This document shows, piece after piece, positions 21,991 through 58,921 of a stretch of DNA of 64,000 nt. The notes beneath the pieces were generated by a model, which was not told where the DNA came from, did not search any database, and worked only from the letters and a program-made list of their open reading frames with translations. Every line of letters begins with the position of its first letter. Position 1 is the stretch's first letter. The position numbers were made by a program, and so were the translations under genes. Origin of the DNA: the human T2T-CHM13v2.0 reference genome, Homo sapiens; the NCBI RefSeq assembly GCF_009914755.1, contig NC_060926.1; one strand, 5' to 3'.

Positions 21991-22766
21991 TAGAAATGTA
22001 CAAAGCTAGAAAAGAGTGTAGCTCATCCCATCTGGGAATTATTCCAAATCTTACAGTTCATACATAAAAATAGTTTGATAAAGATTTTCCTAAGTGTGCC
22101 AAGAATCCTGAAAACTTATCTTCCATTATCGATCCTGAGCTATGAAGCCAGAAGAAAAATTTAAATCTATCAATAATAAAATACTAGAGCCAAAATAGTT
22201 TATTATTCTCTTCTCTCATAGACTATGATATTACAACATTATTGAAGAGGCAATCAAAGAATATGCAGGCAAAAATGTTGGGAAAGGAGTATTACAGAGA
22301 TAGGTCAGGAATTTGTTTAATTAAAATTGCTATTTTACTGAGTTTTACATATGTTTAGTGGTAGCGGTAGCTAGAGTAGACTTTGCTGGAGTCTGGGCCA
22401 TTGAGATTGGTATTATTAAGGTTATGTTGGCCTCATTTGCTCTTACCTTCTGGCATACACAGGATACATCTCACTTGATTTCTCACAAGTCTTTGGTACC
22501 CATGACCACTCCCACCTTTTTACAATTTTCACTTTTGCTGGCTTCTCTGGACTCACACTGTCAATTTTCCCCTCTGGCTAACTGTTCTCAGTCATCTCTA
22601 CAGAATTCTCTTCTTCTGGGTCCTTGTGTTGTTGAGGGCTTTATCCTAGGGCTTATTTTTTTCTCTCTGAGCAAGCTTGTCCACCCCCATTGCTTCAGTC
22701 CCACCTATCTGCTGACAACTGCTGATTCCACATCTCCAGCTCAGACCTCTTTCCTAGGCTCTACAC

Positions 22767-22980
22767 CAGGAATTGGCAAACTTTTTCTGTAAAGCGATGA
22801 TAACAAATATTTTATCGGCTTGCTGGTCATTGTACTGTCTCTGTCACATCTGCTCAACTCTGCTAAGGTGGTGCAAATATAGCCACAGAAAATAGTAAAA
22901 GAATGGGTGTGGCCATGTTCCAATAAAACTTGATTTATAAAAATAAGCCTGCTTCATGGGCTATAGTTTGCCAACTCCTG
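22767..22980. mobile_element. MER58A-like hAT DNA transposon relic within L2-like sequence
   Basis: TIRs caggaattggcaaact / agtttgccaactcctg. Confidence 0.8.
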
Positions 22981-23509
22981 TTCTAAACCAGAATATTCAA
23001 CTCCCTTCTGGAAATTTCCACTTGGGTTTTCTCAAGTTCCTAAACATAACATTGTCCCCAGGCAATTTCATCTTATTCTCTCCTATGCATTCCTTCTTAA
23101 TGAATGATCCACTGTCCACCAGATGTCCAAGCCAGAAATTCAGGCAGCATACTTGATTTCATTCCCCACATTCAATGAGTCACAAAATCATGTCAATTCT
23201 ACTTTCTCAACATCCCCCTAATCCATTCTTTTTTCTCTTTCTCCACTGCCTTCTTTCACCCCCTCTCATCTCTCACCTCCTATGACCTCCTCACTGTGCT
23301 GCAATCAGAGGGATCAAGCCACCCTTGGATTTTAAAAGCCTTCAGTAACAGTAGTCCCTGCCTTTCTTTGGCTGAAGTCTAAACTTCTTGAAACAGAGTG
23401 AGAAGCCTGCGCAATTGGACCATTTCCCCATGTTAGCCAAATTCCTCTCATCTGTCTGCTCCTCCTGCCTCTGGGACCCTGCACATATATTTCTTCTGCT
23501 TAAAGAATG

Positions 23510-23951
23510 TGTAGCAGGTGAAGCAACTATCTGAGGCCAGTATACCATGGGCAGTAAGAAGAATTTACCAAGACAGTTGTAGATAAAGGCAGATTTATTG
23601 AAGAAAGTATGAAAATATGTTGCAAGGCAGCAACAGGCAGGCCAGCAAGAGAGGAACTGAATGCCAAGAGACAAAGGCTTGCTGGGGGTTTTATAGGATG
23701 TTGCTTTTGCTGCGTGCTGAAGAGAGCTTTGTGCAGTACTGATAACACCAAGGTTGCAGTGGGATAACCTGCATTTTTCCATCAGCTGAGGGCCTGATGG
23801 TAGCTGGGCACAGGAAGATTGTGAGCTATTTGTGCAGGAGGGCTATGGTCCTGGACCATGAAGAAAGGCAAACTTACAGCTTATCTGCTTTCTCTTTCTT
23901 TTTTCCTCAGTGTCACCAGCCTGATTCCTTTTGCCTAATTAGGACTCCACA
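23510..23951 (-). mobile_element. Solo LTR (ERVL-type)
   Basis: TG...CA ends, near-TSD gaatg/gaatt, TATA and AATAAA on - strand. Confidence 0.65.
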
Positions 23952-25440
23952 GAATTATTCTCCTTTCTCATCCTTCCAGCTGTCTTCTAAGTCTCAACTT
24001 GGATGTTACTTCCTCTGGGAAATGTCTCCTCACCTCTCAAGACTGTCTCTCTGTGCACCACTACAACAAATGGGACCTGGGCCACTTCACTTTTACAATT
24101 CCAGTTTACAGACCTGCATTGCCCCAAACCCATGAGACCAAAAACTCCCTGAGGGCAAAGATGGCCTCTTATTTACTCTTGATTCCCCAGCACCTAGCAC
24201 AGCACTAAACACTGTACCCACTGAAAGAACATCTGAAGGATGAGAGTTTATAGCAAAAGTGGTTTCCACTGACATTCCCTTCTCTCTTCCCCAACTTTGG
24301 ATTGAGGAGCCCAGGAGCTGGTCAGGTGGCAAGATAAGATGAGAAAGGAGAAGTCATTACTTGGGGCCTCTGTTTTGCTGGTGTTTTGCTGGTGTGTGGA
24401 GATGGTGGGTTTCCCTTGAATACCTGGGAGGCAGGAGCAGGCATGAACTACTCCAGCCTCTGGGTTCTGGACCCACATGGAGGGCTGCTGCTCTCTGGCA
24501 CCCATCAGTCCTTAACCATCTGGTCTCCAGCCAGGGAAGGAGTGTGGTGGTGGAGAAGCCTCTCTGTCCCACCCACTCATCCCAGGAGCTCACGAGAATC
24601 AGCCAAAGTCCGAGTTCTGCACCCTGAGTTAGGAACTCTATAACTTTAGACTTTCCCTGAAATTTGGGAATTCTCTTAACTAGTATGAAAGCAGTTACAT
24701 CATCCTAGGTCCTCCTAAAATAGACACATGTATCCAAATATAGGCACATGTGTTGCAAACATAACATGTATACATATATAAATATATACATATAATTTTT
24801 GTTTTGAAATAAGTATAAACACAACAAGTTACAAATATAGTACTGAGAGATCCTTGTGCCTATGGCCCCGCCTCCCTCAGGCAGTATCTTACATAACTAT
24901 AGTTCATGATTACAACTGGAAAGTTGCCATTGGCACAATATCAGAAACTAGTCTGCAGACCTTGCTCAGATTTCACCAGGTTTTTTGTGCACTCATTTGC
25001 TTTCCTGAAAATATTTTAAGGTTTTTCTACATGACTTATCTCCCTGACATACTGTGAGATAAGATTTTTTTTTTCTCTGAATGAGCTTAGAGAACAATCA
25101 ATGTGAGAGATGGGAAGGATGATTTGGTGCAACTCTGTTTTATCCATGGTGAGTCTGGACCTCAGAGCAGAAGGACCCTCGTCTCTCCTCTGGGGAGTCC
25201 TGGTGCCACCTCAGTGCAGGCTGCTAAGTTATCCGGGTCTGACTTTCTTCTTCTCTGCTAATATTTGTCTTAAGCATGTAACACAGCCATGCTTATTAAT
25301 GATGAGGAGACAGCCAATGAAAATTAATTTTTTCAAAGATGAATAGATATCTAGATTTTTTCAAGCACAACTCAATTAAGAAAATATCACCTCACTGAGC
25401 CCCAAATGAGTTAGGTCTCACTGAGAAAGTGTCTCCTAGT

Positions 25441-25770
25441 GCCAGGCAAAGTGCCTCATATTTGTAATCCCAGCACTTCTGGAGACTGAGATAGGAGGAT
25501 CTCATGAGCCCAGGAGTTCAAGACCAGCCTGGGTAACATGGCAAAACCCTGTCCCTACAGAAAATACAAAAAAAAAAAAAAAATAGCTGTGCATGGTGGC
25601 GTGCACCTGTGGTCCCAGCTACTCTGGAGTCTGAGGTGGGAGAATCGCTTGAATCCAGGAGGTTAAGGCTACAGTGAGCTGTGTTTGTACCACCGCACTC
25701 CAGCCTGGGTGACAGAGCCAGCCTCTGTTTCCAAAAAAAAAAAAAGAAAGAAAGAAAGAAAGGAAAGGAA
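25441..25770 (+). mobile_element. AluJ-like with (GAAA)n tail
   Basis: Alu consensus. Confidence 0.88.
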
Positions 25771-26521
25771 AATGCCCCCTAGTGGATTACGTTTTAACCA
25801 CTGTGCTAACTTGAGAGATAGCCTGCTATCTCTTTACGGGACATGAGGGCTGATAAGCACCTCATTGCATGGTCCTGGGGACTGATGAACAAAGGCTAAC
25901 ATGTGGAAAAGAGCAACTAAAGAAAGAAGAGCCACCTCCAGGTTAATTAGTAGAAGTCTCCTCGCTGATATGCTCTCATACACTAAAACAGCAGTAAAAA
26001 CAACCTGCACATTGGCATCGAGGGCACAGATAAACTTGCCGAGGACCCTTACCACGACAGAGGGATGCTTTATATGAATCCTTAGTAGATTAATTAAGTT
26101 CTTGCTATTTCCAGTTGGAAATGATACTGTCCTCTTAGGGCTATTCAGAGAAGTTCATCTTGATGAAGTGAGCTGTCCTAGAATGGCAGTTCCCGGGCAG
26201 CAGAGCCTGGGCTCAAGGAAGGTGGAAAGAGGGGGTGGCGAGGAGCTGCCAGGTGCAAATGTCAGGCCAGCAATGCAGTCCAGCTTGCATGGACGTGCAT
26301 CACCTAGGAAGTTGTGACTTGGCTGCATTTTCCACTTCAGGTGAGATGGAAGGGTGAACTCTACCTCACCTCCTGGTGAGGTTGATGTTTCCTGGTGTTT
26401 ATAACTTTCTTTGTAAATACTTGCAAGGAATTTACCATTTTAATGCTGGAAGAGACGTCTATTCCTTCATAAGAGGACCTGAGTGGATCTTGATTGCAGG
26501 CCTTATGCTGGGCAGAGCTAA

Positions 26522-26936
<415 letters not shown>

Positions 26937-26998
26937 TAGTTCCTTTAGCATGGAGAGGCTGGGGAAGGTTACAGACTGATTTGTACTCTTTAGACATA

Positions 26999-28019
26999 TA
27001 GTTGATCATTGAACAACACACGTCTGAACTGTTACACACAGATTTTTTTCAATAAATGTGTTAGAAAATGTTTTGGAGTTTTGCAACAATTTGAAAAAAC
27101 TCAAAGACAAACCATGCAGCTAGAAATATCAACAAAAATAGAAAAAGTTAAGTATGTCATGAATGCATAAAATGTATGTAGATACCTAGTCTATTTTATT
27201 ATTTACTACCATAAAATATAACAAAACTATTGCAAAAGTTAAAATTTAGTAAAACTTATGTACACACTCACAGATCGTATATGGTGCTATTCTCAGTTGA
27301 GAGAAGTGTATACAAACATCAAGATGCAGTATTAAATTGTAACTGCATAAATTTAACCGTAGTGCATACCACAGTACGGTAATAAGTTCATAGCCTCCTC
27401 CTGTTGCTGTTGCAATGAGCTCAGGTGTTGCAAGTATCCACTTAAAACGTTCTGTGATACTCAACATTCCATCATGAGCAGGTCATCCCCAGTGAATTGC
27501 GCATCCCAGTAAAAAGTGCCCTCTCCCTGTTCACGTGTATTTTTCATCCTGTTTCGCGCTGTACTGTAAACCTTGAATAACACCATGGGATCCACATGAA
27601 GTGGCACTAGTGATGCTGGAAGTGCTCCCAACAAGCAGAGAAAAGTCATGACATTTGACATTACAAGAAAAACTTGATTTGCTTGATATGTAACAGAGAC
27701 TGAGGTCTGTAGCTGGGGTTGCTTCCATTTCAGACAGATGATTCATCTTGTAAACAGGCGGTGTAAACTTACTGTATGGATAAATACATAACAGTACCAT
27801 AGATGTATTTTCTCCTTAGAAACGTTTCCTTTTCTCTAGCTTACTTTATTGTAAGAATACAGTATATAATACATATAACATACAAAATACATGTTATTAA
27901 CTGTTGCTGGTCAACAGCAGGCTATCAGTAGTTAAGTTTGGGGGAATCAGAATTATACCTGGATTTTCTACTGTGTACGGTCAGTGTGCCAAGCCCCCAA
28001 GTTGTTCAAGGGTCAACTG
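26999..28019. mobile_element. Tigger2-family (Tigger2b-like) non-autonomous DNA transposon
   Basis: TIRs agttgatcattgaacaac / gttgttcaagggtcaactg, TA flanks, about 1 kb. Confidence 0.8.
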
Positions 28020-30023
28020 TAATCCTAAAAGAATCTAATACAATATTGTACACAGTAAGTGGTCAGTAAATAAGGAATTGAACTAAATAAGAATACATAA
28101 ATCTCAGAATATGTGCAACCTGATCGTAGTACACAGAGATCTCTCTCTATATCTCTTTTCTCAGTTCATGCCATTATTTCAGGTAGAAAGCACCTTATTT
28201 TGAATTAGTTGTCTTTAGAGCAAAAATCCGTCTAAGAGTGCAGTGTGGTTTCCTATGCACAATCTGGAATAGTCCATTGCTTCATGCCTACCCTGGACAT
28301 GAAGGGCCGTGCCACAGTGGAAGTCTCTATGCATCCACCCCTGTCTATACCTGAGCAACTCATTCCTCTTTGCTGCTCTCTTACAGGCTACAGAGTGCGG
28401 TGGCGCCAGCACAGAACTCTGCTCAATGTCCCTCTGTGCTTTCACGATGCTGATGGATTATGAAGGTAGGGAAGAATGTACAGCCAGGAGGCCATTAGGA
28501 GGGCAACTAATTTATAAAATCGCATTTGTAGAATTTAATGCATCCAACACCTACCAGGGGAAAGGTGGGCAAAAGCTATACCAACACCACCCAAGTCAAA
28601 ACCAAAACAACAGGAAAAGAAAATTATGTGGATGTAGAATTTCTGATAACATCATTCCCAAGATGCCTTATCCAAGAGGAACTGCTACAATAATATTTTA
28701 AGTGGAAATAAATACATGCTGGAAGCATTATATATTAGTAGACTTTGTTTTTTTTTTTCCCCAAAGTACTTTCTCAAGCACATCAACATAAGCCCCCTAA
28801 GAGACATTTCACATTAAAAATAAAACGTCTGCCCACTGCTGGTTTCTCAATTTGCCTCCACCTTCTGTCCCCTTTAATGAACTGGGCCACGAGGTGAGTC
28901 AGAGAGGATAAAGGGAGTGGTAAGAATTTGAGGAGAGAAGAGAGTGAGGCTAGAATAGGAAATCAGGAAATGCGATTCGGTCCCCCTGTTCCTCACATGG
29001 GGCCACCCTCTTGTTGCCCAGTGTGGTTTCTTCTTGAGGGTTCTGCATGATTCCTCAATCCCAGGGAATTCCACAGGATGTTCCACCCAAGACCATTGGG
29101 CTCCCACCTCTACTCTTTTGCCAGTTAATGAATAGGCAGGAATTTCACTGCCTGGAAAGAGGAACAATGCTTTCTGGTCCTTATTTCACATCTAAAATAG
29201 AGAGGTCAATTGATTTATTGCTAAATATCTTTGAACACTAAAATAGAAGTTTTACAACATATATACTACCTGGTTGCTCTAGACTTAAGCCAGGGAAAAG
29301 TACAGATTCAACATTTAAAATTGAGATAGACGCTTTCCACTTAGTGCTACCAGTCTTGCTTTATTTCATGAGAATGAGAATATAATAATATGCCATACGT
29401 TCATTTGGGGGAAAGATTGATGTCTTATAATTTATAATTACAGAAAACATGTGAGTTCACTGGGAATAAAGAAATTTTGAAGATAATAAGATACTTTCAC
29501 TTATGTCGTAATTTCTATGTCATTTGGTGTAGGATGTGGAGATATTAACATTTACACCTAACTTAAGTTTGTCATCCAGGACCTGAAAGGGTTTTGTCTA
29601 TCAGCTGCACCCCTGGGTAGCGACACAACCTTGGGGAAGGCCTCAGCCCCATCCCTCGTACAGCAGGAATGAGAACAGCACTGCCTGTTGGGAAGCTTGA
29701 GGGAGGCTATGGACGTGCAGCGCTTGGCAGAGGGTCTCGTCATGGAAGGTTCCAGCAAATGTGAGATACTTTTCTGATTTCATTTTCTCCAAAAGAAAGG
29801 GAATAAAAGAAGAGGGGAGGAAATAAGACTAATTGTGAGAGATAAAGTACAAAGGTGAGGGAAGGAGTAAGGAGACATGAAGGCAGCGTGGAGCAGCTGA
29901 GGGGGGAGATTGCTTTCACCACTTCCCAGCATCTATTGCAGATTCCACCCTCAATCATTTTGTAAGGACCCTTTATTCAAGGTCATGTTTGAACCCTGCT
30001 GAGCCAGTGGCGTGGGTGTCTGA

Positions 30024-30036
30024 GAGAATCATTAAC
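30024..30036 (-). promoter_or_regulatory. HNF1-like site in PLG-type promoter/5' UTR
   Basis: Reverse complement GTTAATGATTCTC matches HNF1 GTTAATNATT, about 100 nt upstream of the ATG; an HNF1 site is known at this position in PLG/LPA. Confidence 0.65.
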
Positions 30037-30137
30037 TTAATTTGACTATCTGGTCTGTGGATGCGTTTACTCTCATGTAAGTCAACAACATCCTGGGATT
30101 GGGACACACTTTCTGGGCACTGCTGGCCAGTCCCAAA

Positions 30138-35616
<5,479 letters not shown>

Positions 35617-38600
35617 AGTGAGTACATTTTCTTCCTCCTCCTCCTACTGTCCTCCCCATCCTCCCACTCTTCCTCTTTCTCTATTCTATCTTTAATTTAT
35701 GAGACCAGAGGAGGAAGGCGCTATGGTGTTGTAAAATTGAATTCTGAGTTAGGACAGGATTTGATTACTAACTAACCATGTCAGCTTGAGTATATTACTT
35801 CACCTCCTAGATTTAATTTTTTTTTGTTCAAAAAATGAAAGGATTAGATTTACAAAATCACTTCTACCTCTATGACCCTGAAAATAAGATTTTTAAAATA
35901 TTATTTTATATTTAACAAGGAGATGGGAAGTCTAAGCATTCCTTTTGGTCTTGGCTTCTTATTCTGCAGGGTGACCATGGTCCTTGGGCCCTAACATCTG
36001 GACGAAGCCTTGTAAAACAGAAATACTGAGGTGTTTTAATCCTCAGAAACATTTAGATTGGGACACAAATCTTATTTTTTACTCTTAAATTTTTCACATT
36101 TTGGGGGACATGGTCTATATTTTTCTCAGATTTCTGATATGTTGTCTTTTAAAAATGTGTAAAAGTTACAGTTCCTTTTCTATAGTTTATTTTAAAATGT
36201 GGGTCAATAGTCCCACTGCTTAGAATAAGAGGCACACAGGATTTCAATAGAAATTGCATGCCTTTTTAGATGTGCGAATGTTTCATTAAGCGTATGAATA
36301 TTTGAAGAGATGTATGACACTTTAAAAACTGTTTCCTCTACTGTGTTGGTGGCCAGGTATTAAGACTGTTAATAATAACAATTTAGCTCTCCAAATATCC
36401 TGCATCACAGGTGTTAAAGAGGACTGGAAACACCTTAGTTCTTGTATTCTTGAGGATGATTTGCCATATTGTGTCTAGTATCACGGCAAAACTCCAAGTA
36501 GCATTTTAAATAGTATTTATTTGGGTTGGAATTATTTCTATGCATTGACTCATCTTCCTGGGTTTCATTAGCTGTACGCATTGTACTTTCTTCCTTACCA
36601 CTATTTATCTCGAATTCTTGAGATTAAAGTACAGATGAAATCTAAACTTTATCTGGTAAAGTTATTAGTTCTTACAAGTAGCAAGCAAACGGTAAACTAA
36701 ATAGGATGACCTAATTGTACCAGATTTAAAAAAAAAAACAAAAAACCCTGATTCTCCTGATTCTCTCTACAAAATGCTAACATTTAAATATGTCATTTGT
36801 AAATTGTTAACCAGAAGGAACATGGGAATGACTGTAGGTTGAGTTTGAAGTGTGAAGTTTGAAGGCTTAGTTTGCTTGTTTTCAAAGTGACAGAAGGGAG
36901 CAAAAGGTTATATAAACTCCGGTGGGTACATACAGTTGCTGTGGGATATTGACCTGCTGCTAACTTACCTGCCAGGGTTTTTCCAGGAACAGTCAGTGTT
37001 AGATCACGTTTACTTCTGCCACTTGCCACCAGCCACACTGCCTTCACCGAGTCCAAGACCCTATCACCACTGGTTGGGGCTACTTGTAGCTGTACACCTG
37101 ATCTCGAAGAAATATAACTTCCCTGTTTAAAGCCCTTCCTAGTGCCCTTAAAATAAGACCCAAAGACTTCCCAAATGTGCCAGGGCCCGGCATTATTTAC
37201 GTAACCCCCGGCTGCTGTTTGCTTGGCTTGCTAAACTTTTCTACAAAGTTTCTGGCCTTACTTCTGTTCCTTCACCACCCCAAGCACACGCCCTCCTGCC
37301 TGGGACCCTCTTCACCTTTGTCCTGCTGTGCCAGCTCCTTCTTATCGCCTAGGTGTCAGCTCAATCATCACCTCCTTTGCAAATCTTCCTTGACCCCTAG
37401 ACCTCCCTTTCACAAAGTACCTTGAGTTTACACTTTGATGAGTGTCTTATGTCTACTGTAATACTATGTCCCAATGAAGATGTACTGGCAATCATAATAG
37501 GTAGTATTGGGTTAAAAGCATTAGTTTGCTGTAGGTACGTTAGGAGTACTCCCCATGTGATTGATCAGTGAATTTAAAAATGGCTAAAGTGGGTAACCTT
37601 AAATGATGGTGCAAATATACCTTAAACATTTTATATTTTCATTGAAAACACAAGTGTACTTGACACCTCTTGATGTAGAGCAGAGGCTTTTTTTCTTCGA
37701 ATATGGGGTCACCAGTAGAAGGTCTCTGGTGCATTTCCTGCATAAACTATGCTCTAGTGCAACATCTACAATAATTACTTTCCTTATTTTTGAAGTGGAC
37801 CATATCTCGACATTTATTAATCAATCTGCATGTGTAAAACCTTTAGATTTTTATGAATTCCTCCTCAAGCTTTATAGTCAACTATATGAGTGGATTGCCC
37901 TCTGTGGATCTGATAGCAATTTTTTAAATGATTCACGTTTCAACTTGTTAAAAACATTTAATTTAGTTAAAAACCAAACAAAAAAGAGCTTTGTTTCTTT
38001 TCACATTCATTTCTCAGTTTAGATCATCTTTAATTAAATATAAATGTAAGAAAGTTGGAAAATGCAAAGAAACGACTCGTTGTAAGCACATAACTCACGT
38101 GGGGGGAACAGACATGGGTGGGCACACTAGCAAACACCTGCCAGCTGCATGTGGACCCAGGTGGGCACCGGACTGTTTTAAACACAGGAGAGGGCCCATT
38201 GTCTAACTGGTGAGTTGGTTGAGTGGAAGCTGGTTGAGAACTTTTACTGCAAACCATTTACAGTAGACCACAATTTTATAGTCCTGTTTGGCACTTTTTC
38301 ATATCACTGGGAGCCTGAAGAAATAGAAGTGGGTTGGATCTCTTTCAGCCTCGGAAAAGCCTGCCATTCCCCCATCTAAAAACCCTTTCCCCATTCTCTT
38401 ACTCTGTCTCATCATGTATGTAACATGTATCCATGTATCATCATTAAGTGATCTCATTTTATATTGTTTACTTGAATATTTCCTGTAACCCCCCTGTCTG
38501 ATTCCACTAGAATGTGAGCTCTATGATGGCCAAGCCTCTGGCTGCACTGTGCCCCGTGTGTCCCCAGCATCCTGGTGGGGCTCAATACACAGAGAGCTCA

Positions 38601-38802
38601 TAAGTAGCATTTGAATACATGAATCAAAGTATGGAATGGCCCAGTTTACTGCAGCCTTTTTGCAGGTGCAAAAGATGATCTTTTAGAAAGCAGAAACAGG
38701 GGGTCTGGTGCATGAGATCTTTTTCTCAATGTGACTGTGCTGTGCAGACCTTCACGTGGTGTCTTGTGAAAGACTTTGACCACTGTGTGGACTTTCCTTC
38801 AG

Positions 38803-38917
38803 TGTATCTTTCAGAGTGCAAGACTGGGAATGGAAAGAACTACAGAGGGACGATGTCCAAAACAAAAAATGGCATCACCTGTCAAAAATGGAGTTCCACT
38901 TCTCCCCGCAGACCTAG
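38803..38917 (+). pseudogene. PLG exon 4 relic (kringle 1 N-half: [34 protein letters not shown])
   Basis: ttcag|TG acceptor, weak donor AG|gtcaga; lies after the stop codon. Confidence 0.9.
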
Positions 38918-38954
38918 GTCAGACTTTTCCTTTCATCTTTGTGTTCATCTACTG

Positions 38955-39255
38955 TAAAGTGTCCGTCTGTGTCTGTGAGGGATTGGTTCCAGGACCCCTG
39001 TGGCTACCAAAATCCATGCTTCTCAAGTCCCTTATGTAAAATGGTGCAGTATTTGCATATAACCTACATACCTTCTCTTGTGCAATCCCTAATATAATGT
39101 AAATGCTATGTAATCGTTGTTATACTGTATTGTTTTTATTTGTATTATGTTTTATTGTCATATTGTTATTTTCTCTCATCTTTTTCAAGTCTTTTCCATC
39201 CACAGTTGGTTGAATTTGTGGATGTGGAACCCATGGATACAGAGGGCCAACTGTA
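38955..39255. mobile_element. MER2 (Tigger-related) DNA transposon relic
   Basis: ggattggttccaggacccc...gatacagagggccaactgta. Confidence 0.78.
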
Positions 39256-39374
39256 TTTAGGATAATTTCATCACTTTTAATTCAAACCAGAATATGTGAA
39301 TAAGCAGACAGAAAGAATCTTTTTGATGTCGATGTTCAACTATTTTTGGCACCATAGTAGAACATGGTTGCTTT

Positions 39375-57065
<17,691 letters not shown>

Positions 57066-57984
57066 CTGCAACATGTTGTTCCAAGAATTAATTTTCAAAA
57101 TCATACATTACAGATGAAGATTCTAAATAAGAAAAATCTAAATATAAATATCTTACTATGTGATATTTTATAGGTCTGCTTTCTTTGCCATTCATCTATT
57201 CAACATACCTCAATCAACAGATTATATGTTGTAGGTGACACAAATAAAACAGTATCTCTGTTGTAAAGCATGTAATCTAACTGAATACAAGCCCTATGAG
57301 TCCCAGTTCTGAAATTTGTCAGAATTGTGTTTATAGACAGTTTTATTACACATCTTCTTCCCATCTATTAATATTCCAAGATTTTATGTCATTTCACGTA
57401 TAAGGAAAGCATTAACATTTACTGGTCACGTATCATGTTCCCTCATAAGAATCTTCTATCAGGCGGGGTAGGTATCATTATTCAAACTTTACAGACGATG
57501 AAACAGGCTCACAGTTGACAGGTAATTTTTTCAGAAATCACAAAGTCAAATTGGCTTCTGGAGTCTGCTGCTCTATCATGATGCCTCCGTGTCACCACTA
57601 TTAACTTTGCCTGAAGGAACCATGACTTGCAGTTTCTACCCCATGTGGTCAGTGACCATGAATACAAATGACCCTTACTCCAGGTGATTCTGAAGTTTCA
57701 GGAAGATGACAGATTCCCCCTAAATTTTGAACAGTAATATTAATTACAGGTAATAAAATATACCAAAACATCACTACAAAAATTTAGCATTACTTCATCA
57801 AGAGGAATAAACTGAAACTGTCAGTTTCTTGGAAGGGTGAGAGGATAGTTTATCCTGCTTTCTAATACCCACCACCTATTTGTGACTATAAACTTCCCAC
57901 CACTTATTTATGGTTCAAGCCTAGGGCAAGAGCTAGCATTTTATTTTAAAAAAGATTTGTTTAATAATTTTTCCATTTGGACAG

Positions 57985-58420
57985 TGTGATGGTTAATACT
58001 GGGTGTCAACTTGATTGGATTAAAGGATGCAAAGTATTAATCCTGAGTGTTGTCTGTGAGGGTGTTGCCAAAGGAGATTAACATTTGAGTCAGTGGGCTG
58101 GGGAAGGCAGACCCACCCTTAACCTGGTAGGTGCCATCTAATCAGCTGCCAGCGAATATAAAGCAGGCAGAAAAACCTGAAAAGGCGAGACTGGCCTAGC
58201 CTCCCAACCTACATCTTTCTCCTGTGCTGGATGCTTCCTGCCCTTGAACATCAGACTCCTAGTTCTTCAGTTTTGGAACTTGGACTGGCTCTCGTTGCTC
58301 CTCAGTCTGCAGATGGCCTAGTGATCGTGTAAGGTAATACTTAATAAGCATCCATCCATCCATCTCATCCATCCATCCAACCATCCAATTAGCTCTGTCC
58401 CTCTAGAGAACCCTAATACA
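57985..58420 (+). mobile_element. MLT2A-type (HERV-L) solo LTR
   Basis: tgtgatggttaatact...ctctagagaaccctaataca; near-TSD gacag/aacag; internal (CCAT)n. Confidence 0.88.
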
Positions 58421-58550
58421 AACAGGTAGTGGAATATTGAAAGAAATTTTATTGGAGCAGCCCAAAAAAGCATATGTACCTTAGAGTAATAGTAATTAAA
58501 TAAGACAGTGAAATTAAAGAAGAAGAACATATTTAGACAGAGTAACAGAC

Positions 58551-58746
58551 CAAGTTTAGTTTCGGGAGAATTAAGCAGCTGCTCTAAAGACTGTGTGTAT
58601 GTGCTGGCGGAAGACACAGACTCCGTAATCAGTTGTCTCCATGCCTTCTCCCTCTTCCCGGGTTACAGTGTGCATGTCTAGAAGCGGGAGGTCTGTGTTT
58701 CTCCTTTCTCGAAGGTTCTTCAAAGATTGCTGAGAGGAAACTGGGC
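58551..58746 (-). pseudogene. Frameshifted GCC2-derived exon (GPVSSQQSLKNLRERRNTDLPLLDMHTVTREEGEGMETTD / TESVSSASTYTQSLEQLLNSPETKL)
   Basis: Intact AG/GT but 196 nt for a phase 1-1 exon; extra base at 58627-58628. Confidence 0.85.
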
Positions 58747-58921
58747 CTATTAGATTTTTTTTAAAGGTTAAGTGTGAGATTGTTCAAAATCTATTGATTC
58801 GGCCTTACAGAGATACACAATAAAATGAAAATATCAAATGATAAGAGTAGAGGAATTAAGTAACTATAAGTGAAAGGTGTATGAAGAATTGCTAAAACAT
58901 TTCCTAAAATTTAGTCATCAA

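Noticed and set aside
22358-22792. 144-aa ORF
   Set aside because: Overlaps L2-like and MER58 relics; GTG start, no recognisable family or splice context.
23342-23782. 146-aa minus-strand ORF
   Set aside because: Mostly inside a solo LTR; no homology recognised.
25834-26055. Possible processed pseudogene fragment
   Set aside because: No recognisable protein on either strand, no poly-A or TSD.
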